A DNA stretch of 64,000 bases from Bdellovibrionota bacterium (GTDB lineage: Bacteria; Bdellovibrionota; UBA1018; CAIPTA01; JAALKR01): positions 1,664,001 to 1,728,000 of the forward strand of contig CBDBMJ010000001.1 in assembly GCA_965207455.1 (NCBI GenBank). Direction: 5' to 3'. How positions within the stretch are numbered: position 1 is the first letter of the stretch; the number at the start of each line of letters is the position of its first letter. Under the pieces are notes generated by a model. That model did not search any database. It was not told the DNA's origin and saw nothing but the letters and a program-made list of their open reading frames with translations. Below are positions 57,241 to 64,000 of the stretch, one piece after another. A program made the translations under genes and the position numbers.

Positions 57241-57360
57241 CCTACCGCCGAACCTACTAATTTTTTTTCTGACCCCACTCACCCTACATTATAAATAATT
57301 ATTACTAAGGTAATAGAGTGAGTGGGGTCAGAAAAAAGGTTAGTGGGTGGGTTGGTAAGG
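57241..57360. repeat. Long inverted repeat (cruciform)
   Basis: Perfect 20-bp arms at 57263-57282 and 57318-57337, AT-rich 35-nt spacer, imperfect outer extension. Confidence 0.9.
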
Positions 57361-57398
57361 GTAAGGAGGAGGAGAGGAACGGACAGGAGAGGATAGAA

Positions 57399-57740
57399 AT
57401 GGAGAATGGAGAAACTAAAAAAATGGGAGAGGGAAAGAAAATGCGTGTAAGTTTTGATGGGAAAAATAAAAAGGTTGACAAAACTGATGAAGCTCAGTCA
57501 AATAGAAATATAATATTAGCTTCTAGCTGTTGTGCTGAGGCTAGTCGTTCTTTGAAAAGCTGGGAGATTCTAACAAGCAAAGATGCAGCTTCTTTTTTGC
57601 GACTCTCGCTAAGTTCATTTATGAATATGGTAAGTGCGGGTCAAATTCCAGTTTATAAAATTGGAAGGAGGAATCGATACCTTCGATCTGAGCTTTTTCA
57701 ATTATTTTTCCAAAATCATAATAAAGATAAGGAGAATTAA
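57399..57740 (+). CDS. Excisionase-like HTH protein
   Basis: LTSKDAASFLRLS...V..GQIP.YKIGR..RY; directly upstream of the integrase; start uncertain. Confidence 0.85.
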   Translation: MENGETKKMGEGKKMRVSFDGKNKKVDKTDEAQSNRNIILASSCCAEASRSLKSWEILTSKDAASFLRLSLSSFMNMVSAGQIPVYKIGRRNRYLRSELFQLFFQNHNKDKEN

Positions 57741-57741
57741 T

Positions 57742-58851
57742 ATGGGAATAAAGCAAGATAAAAAAACAGGAAAGTGGAATATTTGGTATGGTAAACGAAA
57801 TCCAAAGACAGGGAAGCAGTATCAATTAAAAAGATATAATCTAAAAACAAAAGCTCTAGCTAGTAAAGAAGAACGTAAACTCATTGGTCTGGTGGAGAGA
57901 AAAATCCATGAAACAGTATCACCAAACTGGGGTACTGTCTTAGATGAGTTTTCAAAATCACAGCGAAGCGCAGGTCTTATGGAGAAAACTATTCAAAACT
58001 ATAATGGTTCCCTTCAAATGCACACCGCACCTGAGTGGGAAGATAGACCTGTAGATAAAATTATGGGAGGTGAGATACGCCAGATAATTGTAGAAAAATT
58101 ATCTGGTAAATCAGAAAGCCATAAAAAAAGTGTTCTTCAGTACATTCGAGCTGCTTTTGGTTTTGCACTTGAGAAGGGTTACATTAAATGGAACCCCACA
58201 CCTAAAATACATTTCAGGCATGGGGATAAGATCAAGAAAGTGCTAACAGAGGCTCAAGTCAGAACCTTGCTAGAGCAAGCAAAGTTAATGGAAAATGACT
58301 GGTATCCAATTTGGGCTACCGCAGTTTATACAGGTATGCGAAACGGTGAACTTTATGCTCTTACTTGGGACAAAGTAAACTTGGAAAATCGTCAAATCTT
58401 AGTGGACTGTGCTTGGAACAGTAAAGATGGTTTTAAGTCTACAAAGTCTGGTGATGACCGTATTGTAGAAATTGCGCCTACTCTTCTATGTATGCTTAAA
58501 CAGCTAAAACTTGAAAGTGCAGACCCTTCGGGTTTTGTGCTGCCTAGGGTTTATAGATGGAATCAAGGTGATCAGTCACCACAACTAAGAATGTTCCTTA
58601 TGGGCATAGGGATTCCCCCTGTTCGCTTTCATGATTTGAGGGCAACATGGGCAACCATAATGCTAGGGAGAGGGATAGAACCGGTAAAGGTAATGAAGAT
58701 TGGAGGCTGGAAGAGTATGAAAACCATGATGGTCTATATTCGAAAAGCTGGAATTGACATTCGGGGAGCAACCGATCACCTTAAGCTTCATAATCCATCA
58801 ATAGAGGCTGCAAAAATTTTGCAGTTTTCTAATAACAAAATGAAAAAATAG
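57742..58851 (+). CDS. int: Tyrosine recombinase (phage-type integrase)
   Basis: TGMRNGEL, TKSG, FHDLRATWAT, GGW and MVYI catalytic motifs; SD AAGGAG. Confidence 0.95.
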   Translation: MGIKQDKKTGKWNIWYGKRNPKTGKQYQLKRYNLKTKALASKEERKLIGLVERKIHETVSPNWGTVLDEFSKSQRSAGLMEKTIQNYNGSLQMHTAPEWEDRPVDKIMGGEIRQIIVEKLSGKSESHKKSVLQYIRAAFGFALEKGYIKWNPTPKIHFRHGDKIKKVLTEAQVRTLLEQAKLMENDWYPIWATAVYTGMRNGELYALTWDKVNLENRQILVDCAWNSKDGFKSTKSGDDRIVEIAPTLLCMLKQLKLESADPSGFVLPRVYRWNQGDQSPQLRMFLMGIGIPPVRFHDLRATWATIMLGRGIEPVKVMKIGGWKSMKTMMVYIRKAGIDIRGATDHLKLHNPSIEAAKILQFSNNKMKK

Positions 58852-59138
58852 ATGCTTGTTAAAAGATGTATTCTATTGTGTGATGGTGCGAAGTTCCAAT
58901 GCTGTAAATTTAAAGACTTACAGTTGCTTGCGTCACCTGAGCCAATAAACAATCTATCCCAACAGTTGAACCCAACCTACTCTCTAATACAAAAAAGCTA
59001 GTGGACTCGAACGCGGAGCGATGAATCAAGTCAACGCAAAGCAATAATTTCCCCACTTAATAATGTGATGCGCTAGAAAAGACCTCTACGCTATTGTTTG
59101 TATAATTTATATCAAAATACTATTGAAGTAAGGGAGAC

Positions 59139-59232
59139 GCCTTAAAACTGGCCGATCTAATTAACGTTGTTTTTGTCGGGTTAGTGTACCAGCGCTAGCA
59201 TTGCTAACGCTGGATGATGTGTGGTCGATACA
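59139..59232. repeat. 94-bp conserved element, copy 1
   Basis: 92/94 identical to 59964-60057; contains the hairpin CCAGCGCTAGCATTGCTAACGCTGG. Confidence 0.9.
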
Positions 59233-59254
59233 AATAGAGGGTGTAAACCCTTAG

Positions 59255-59824
59255 TTAACGTCGGGATCGAAGAACTGCCTCTATATCCATCAAACGATAA
59301 TCACCGGAAGAACTTTTTCTACATCCTTTTGTTAAAAAGCCGACTTTCTTATTAGAAAGTATAGTTAGGTTGTGAAGGCCTCTCATACAACGCTGATAAC
59401 TCCCATTGTTACCTCCTCTTGGAAAACGAATGCCGTTTTTGCTTAATCGAATTATTTTGATCTCATCGAAATCATCATAGTTTGGAATAAGCACTCTTAT
59501 ATTTCTCAAAACGTACCTGCCGAATTCCCTTGCGCATCCTTTTGTTAAAAAGATGAATTTGTCACTAGAAAGTAGGCTTAGGATTTGATTAGTATGACTA
59601 CAACGAGTGTGGCTTGAATTGTCATTGCCTGAAAATTGAATATCTCTCAACCTAATGCGCTTAGCATCGCTTGTGCTAAGTTCATCGCTTTCGTTTTCCT
59701 GACTCAATACGAGTGATGCAAAAGGTTCAATTTCTTGCACGTCTCCATTGCCTAGCGTACTAGCAAATGCACTAGTGTTGCCTAATAGTATTATCGTTCC
59801 AATTAATAGTGTTGTTATTTTCAT
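59255..59824 (-). CDS. Secreted protein with two Cys-containing ~60-aa repeats (paralogue A)
   Basis: Signal peptide ending AFA; twice R.RL..I.F...RC...LS...FLT.GC...Y.L; SD before the ATG at 59824. Confidence 0.8.
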   Translation of the reverse strand: MKITTLLIGTIILLGNTSAFASTLGNGDVQEIEPFASLVLSQENESDELSTSDAKRIRLRDIQFSGNDNSSHTRCSHTNQILSLLSSDKFIFLTKGCAREFGRYVLRNIRVLIPNYDDFDEIKIIRLSKNGIRFPRGGNNGSYQRCMRGLHNLTILSNKKVGFLTKGCRKSSSGDYRLMDIEAVLRSRR

Positions 59825-59963
59825 ATTTATTTCCTTTCGTTTAGTGTTTAGATTCTGCTTGTGAAGAAAGCATACTCCAAAAAGAAGAATTTTCAACTTT
59901 ATTTATGTGGTAATAGAAAAAATATTTGCGTCAAAACACTATTAAAATAAAAGAAAGGACAGT

Positions 59964-60057
59964 GCCTTAAAACTGGCTGAACTAATTAACGTTGTTTTTG
60001 TCGGGTTAGTGTACCAGCGCTAGCATTGCTAACGCTGGATGATGTGTGGTCGATACA
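59964..60057. repeat. 94-bp conserved element, copy 2
   Basis: 92/94 identical to 59139-59232. Confidence 0.9.
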
Positions 60058-60074
60058 CTAAAGAGGAATCACCT

Positions 60075-60647
60075 CTAGTCAAGATCAGGAGGTGTAACAA
60101 TTGCTCTTACATTCGTTAAAATATAATCGTAAGAGCTTCCTTGACATCCGTCTGTTAAAAAGCTGACTCTGTTGTTAGAAAGTAGACTTAGAACCTGCAT
60201 GGATTCAGCGCACCGAATATAATTATAATCACTATTATTGCGATTATTTCGAAAGATAATGCCACCTAATCGAATTCTTTTGTATCCATCTATCTCATCA
60301 TATTTTCGAATAAGTGCCCTTACGTTCGTTAAAACATAATCTGAGAAGTCTCTTCCACATCCGTCCGTTAATAAGATGAATTTCTTACTCGACAGTAGAG
60401 CTAGGACTTGATTGGCTTCGGCACATCGAGTGTAATTATAATCACTATTATTTCGATTATTTCGAAAGATAACACCGCCCAATTTAACGCGCTTCCTGTT
60501 GGCCGTGTTATTATTACTGACTTCATTTTGCTCGCTTAATGAAGGTGGAACAGAAAGCAAGCTCACTTCTCCATCCTGTATATTGGCAAATGCACCAGCG
60601 CTGCCTAGTAGCATTATCACTCCAATTAATGGTGTTATTCTTTTCAT
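60075..60647 (-). CDS. Secreted protein with two Cys-containing repeats (paralogue B)
   Basis: SD AAGGAG and signal peptide; FRNNRNNSDYNY.RCAE occurs twice. Confidence 0.82.
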   Translation of the reverse strand: MKRITPLIGVIMLLGSAGAFANIQDGEVSLLSVPPSLSEQNEVSNNNTANRKRVKLGGVIFRNNRNNSDYNYTRCAEANQVLALLSSKKFILLTDGCGRDFSDYVLTNVRALIRKYDEIDGYKRIRLGGIIFRNNRNNSDYNYIRCAESMQVLSLLSNNRVSFLTDGCQGSSYDYILTNVRAIVTPPDLD

Positions 60648-61033
60648 AATTATCTCCTTATTATTAGTTTTTAGTTTCGTGTTTAAATTTAAAATTTAAA
60701 CGGCTCCGTTTCTACCAAAACTCTACCAAGACTTTTGCTATGTCTCAAGAGTGTAATTTTTAAAATTCTAGCTCATTTCAAGTTGACACATCGCCGCCGA
60801 ACAAGCCGAGCCAATATATAGAAAAGATTGTCTCTTAAAAGAAATGGGAATACGCAAGCAGCAAACTCAATGGGAACTTCGTATCTTTTTCTTGGATCAG
60901 GAAACATTCTAAAAGGTTAAATTATTTTTCATACACGGTATTGGAGTTCAAATGAAGAATTTTTCAACACTCTTTCTTGTATTTATTTAATTCATTAAAG
61001 TAATTCTAAAGTGTTCCGAAAGGTTGTATGACT

Positions 61034-61402
61034 GTAACTTAGTCTTTTGACCGCCCTTGTGCTCTAAGAGCGAATATGTTTGGCGTATTGCAGAGGTGTT
61101 AGAGGAGTTCCACCATTGAGAACTTTTTTAATGGCCATTGAGATATAGCTTCTAGGGTCAAGCTCTACTTTTTTACAGCTCTCTATGACAGTGTAGAGTA
61201 TGGTCGCTGTTTCTGCTCCTTTTGCTGTTTTGGATCCGTAAAAGTTTTTCCTTCCCATAACACAGTGGCGCATGGCTCTCTCTGCTTCATTATTTGTTAG
61301 AGGAATTTTTGGATCATTTAGAAATAGCACAAGATTACTCCAATGTTTAAAGACATAGTTAATGGCTTTTTGTAACTCGCTCTCTGCTCGTGTTTTAGGG
61401 GC
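61034..61402 (-). pseudogene. IS66 transposase C-terminal remnant with the element end
   Basis: KAINY...W..L..FL.DP.IPLTNN.AER.MR..V.GRKN..GS; GTAA terminus at 61034. Confidence 0.88.
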
Positions 61403-62074
61403 TAGTGGTCTAACCACTTAATTTTTTCACTTTTCTTGGAAGCGCAGTGCCGTGGCTTGTCGCATTTTTTGAGCAATCATTAAGACATGAATCCAGTAGA
61501 ACTGAGTGATAGTGACTTACTCGAAATAAATAATGTTATAAAAAAAAGCGAAAATAACAGAATAGTTGTAAGGGCCATTGCCCTAAAAATGAAATATCTA
61601 AACCATACAAATATGGGTGCGGCAGAGGTTCTGAATATAACCCCTAGGACAGTGATTAATATTTGTAGCTACTATAGTAGCGGAGGAATAGAATCTGCTT
61701 TAAACGATGACCCAAGACCAGGGAGGTCAGTAGAAATAGATGATAGAATAAAGTCTAAAATTGTTGCAATAGTCTGCAGTGACCCACCTGAAGCTTTTGA
61801 TCGCTGGACATTGGAACTCATACAAGAGCAAGTAATAAAAGATGATATCGCTGAAAAAATAAGCAAAGAAAAAATCAGAATAATTCTCCAAGAGCATGAT
61901 TTAAAACCTTGGAGATATGATATGTGGTGTGTGCCCAAGTTAGATAAAGAGTTTATCAATAGAATGGAAGTATTCAAATTCTAAAGAAGTAATAATTAAA
62001 TGGAAATTTAACAAGGTCGAAGCTAGGGAAAAATTCAAATATAAAGTGAAAAAATTAAGTGGTTAGACCACTAG
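61402..62074 (+). mobile_element. Internally deleted IS630-family element
   Basis: Perfect 32-bp inverted repeats (including the CTAG/TA target) at 61402-61433 and 62043-62074. Confidence 0.92.
61487..62066 (+). pseudogene. IS630 transposase lacking the DDE domain
   Basis: HTH region DDPRPGR, RWTL, LKPW...WC, joined to the C-terminal tail IKWKF...AREKF. Confidence 0.88.
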
Positions 62075-62296
62075 TTATGACAAAATCTTTATTGGCACTT
62101 ATACTGATCTCGTGCTCACTTGTTCTGACGGTGTGACTTCTCTTTTCGGAAGAGGCTGCGAGGTTTCCAACACCATTTCTTGTACTTGTTGTTTCCATGA
62201 CGAAAATCCTCTCCGTTTCACAAGATAATAAAAAAAGGCTTAATACTTTTACTCGATCTACCGACCCGTATATTAGAGCATCTTGTGGGAGAGAAC

Positions 62297-63673
62297 ATGA
62301 ACCGTTTATTGTATACATTATTTTCTGTAGCCTTGATGACTATATCTTATCAGGCACATGCCGTGAAAAATAAATGGAAACAGGTGAAGAGTGGCTCTAA
62401 TCATAGTTGCGCTATTTCAATTGAAGGAGAAATACAATGCTGGGGAGACAATTCCCAGGGTCAACTGGGTTATGGAGACACCAACCACCGGGGCGATGAT
62501 CCCAGTGAGTTGATCCATGAATTCCCTTTTGTAGATCTGGGAACGGATCGAAATGGAAAACTTACAGTAAAGTCCCTTGCCCTTGGTCAGCACCATACCT
62601 GCGCACTACTAAGCAATAAGCAGATAAAGTGTTGGGGAGATAATTCCCAAGGTCAACTGGGATATGAGGGTAAGGTTCGTCCCATTGGAGATAGTGAAAA
62701 TGAAATGGGAAACAATCTTCTATTTGTAGACCTGGGAACTGATTCTCGTGGAAATCCTTGGGAGGTGGAGACCATTGCGGCTGGCGGGCGCCATACCTGT
62801 GCATTGCTGGCAAATAAACAAGCCAAGTGCTGGGGAAGAAATAGGAATGCACAGTTGGGCTACGGTGATAAAAAAAGCAGAGGAAAAGCAGCGCGTACCA
62901 TGGGAAATAATCTGGACTTTGTGGACTTGGGAACTGAAAATGGCAGGCCCCTTAGTATTAAAGCGTTTGCTTTGGGTCAATACCATAGCTGCGCATTATT
63001 CCACAATAAAAAATCCAAGTGTTGGGGAGAGAATATCCACGGTCAACTGGGCTATGGCGATACAAAAATACGAGGCAACCAACCCAGTAGCATGAGCAAC
63101 AATCTTCTGTTTTTAGATCTGGGCATGGAAAAAGGATCTCCCATATCAATAGTGGCATTGGTATCCGGCGATCACCATGTATGCGCTCTTTTCTCTAAAA
63201 ATAGAATGAAGTGCTGGGGAGTGAACTGGCACGGACAATTGGGCTACGGAGATAAGCGCCCTCGGGGAAGGCGAACAACGGATATGGGGAAAAATCTTCC
63301 TTTTGTGGAGTTAGGCGGTTCTGCTCCCATTGCTATTACCGCAGGAGATAATCACACCTGTGCCCTGTTCAGCAATCGTCAGATAAAGTGTTGGGGAGAA
63401 AACCAATACGGACAGCTTGGTTACCAGGATCCCAGCGATAAGGGGATCAAACCTAATGAGATGGGTGAAAAGCTCCCTTTCCTTTCGTTGTTAACTGAAG
63501 AGGGTAGATTCTCTGCAGACAAGCCTCAAAAGGCGCTCTCCATCACTGCTGGGCGATCCCACACCTGTGTTCGTTTGCCCAATGGCACTCTTCGCTGCTG
63601 GGGTAAAAATAATGTGGGGCAATTGGGTTTGGGCGTGAGTACGTTACCGGATCAGCAGAGGCAGCCCGAATAG
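62297..63673 (+). CDS. Secreted RCC1/BLIP-II-like repeat protein
   Basis: Signal peptide ending AHA; seven H.CA...CWG.N..GQLG repeats. Confidence 0.9.
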   Translation: MNRLLYTLFSVALMTISYQAHAVKNKWKQVKSGSNHSCAISIEGEIQCWGDNSQGQLGYGDTNHRGDDPSELIHEFPFVDLGTDRNGKLTVKSLALGQHHTCALLSNKQIKCWGDNSQGQLGYEGKVRPIGDSENEMGNNLLFVDLGTDSRGNPWEVETIAAGGRHTCALLANKQAKCWGRNRNAQLGYGDKKSRGKAARTMGNNLDFVDLGTENGRPLSIKAFALGQYHSCALFHNKKSKCWGENIHGQLGYGDTKIRGNQPSSMSNNLLFLDLGMEKGSPISIVALVSGDHHVCALFSKNRMKCWGVNWHGQLGYGDKRPRGRRTTDMGKNLPFVELGGSAPIAITAGDNHTCALFSNRQIKCWGENQYGQLGYQDPSDKGIKPNEMGEKLPFLSLLTEEGRFSADKPQKALSITAGRSHTCVRLPNGTLRCWGKNNVGQLGLGVSTLPDQQRQPE

Positions 63674-63777
63674 TGAAGCAAAAAAGTCCACTTTAATGGA
63701 GTAAATCCATTAAATTTCAAGTAATATGAGGCTAGTACTTGAAAAAAAAACAAAAATACCCTATTAAATAGTAAGGG

Positions 63778-64000
63778 ATGAGCACATATTTTACCAAGCA
63801 TAGTGATATTGACCGTAAGTGGCATGTAGTGGATGCCAAGGGACAGGTGCTGGGAAGGCTTGCCACCCGTTTAGCGAATATTTTAGTGGGAAAGCATAAG
63901 CCCACGTACACACCTCATATAGATAACGGCGACTATATTGTGGTGATTAATATGAAAGATGTGCACCTGACGGGTAAAAAATGGGACGACAAACTTTACT
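63778..64000 (+). CDS. rplM: 50S ribosomal protein L13, runs off the window
   Basis: Manual translation [17 protein letters not shown]...[19 protein letters not shown]; absent from the ORF track. Confidence 0.97.
   Translation, partial: MSTYFTKHSDIDRKWHVVDAKGQVLGRLATRLANILVGKHKPTYTPHIDNGDYIVVINMKDVHLTGKKWDDKLY

Larger units (their letters stand above)
49490..58947. mobile_element. Integrative element (genomic island) at the tRNA-Asn 3' end
   Basis: 16-bp direct repeat GTCACCTGAGCCAATA at 49490-49505 and 58932-58947; tyrosine integrase and Xis next to the distal copy. Confidence 0.92.

Noticed and set aside
59139..60057. 94-bp repeats as a CRISPR array or integron attC sites
   Set aside because: Only two long copies separated by a whole gene; the CTAAC/GTTA boxes are only ~14 bp apart; no cas genes or recognisable IntI
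250..63158. Numerous short antisense or nested ORFs in the track (e.g. 17770-18249, 35516-36025)
   Set aside because: They overlap well-supported genes and lack SD sequences and motifs

Overview
AT-rich bacterial chromosome segment. The gene content suggests a Bdellovibrionota/Oligoflexia-like organism (inference from the Glt gliding cluster and the many secreted lipoproteins and proteases). Left to right: a partial NtrC-type regulator; a lipoprotein; a decayed rve-type IS copy next to an IS1634 with 30-bp target duplications; an S8 protease coupled to a large secreted protein; an intact rve-type transposase; two tandem M4/M36-like lipoprotein metalloproteases whose FTP/PepSY propeptide appears to be a separate gene; a gltA-like/gltC/gltD(E)/gltF/gltG gliding operon; a long operon purF-C-D-N-L-Q-H-M-folA ending in a single-chain AddB-AddA fusion; tandem secreted paralogues; tyrS lacking a canonical start codon; ygfA-zapA; an RCC1 lipoprotein; and tRNA-Asn. 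A ~9.4-kb element is integrated at tRNA-Asn (16-bp att repeats, integrase, Xis, decayed relaxase-like gene, cruciform, iteron-like repeats). Its cargo is a PIN-like gene, a nucleotidyl-cyclase-like gene and an Ig/DUF285 adhesin. The window ends with two Cys-repeat paralogues each followed by a near-identical 94-bp element, IS66/IS630 remnants, a second RCC1 protein and the start of rplM. The best candidates for new biology are the split metalloprotease system, the PIN/cyclase pair, the AddBA fusion and the 94-bp cassette-like element. All family calls come from motif recognition by eye; no searches were run.
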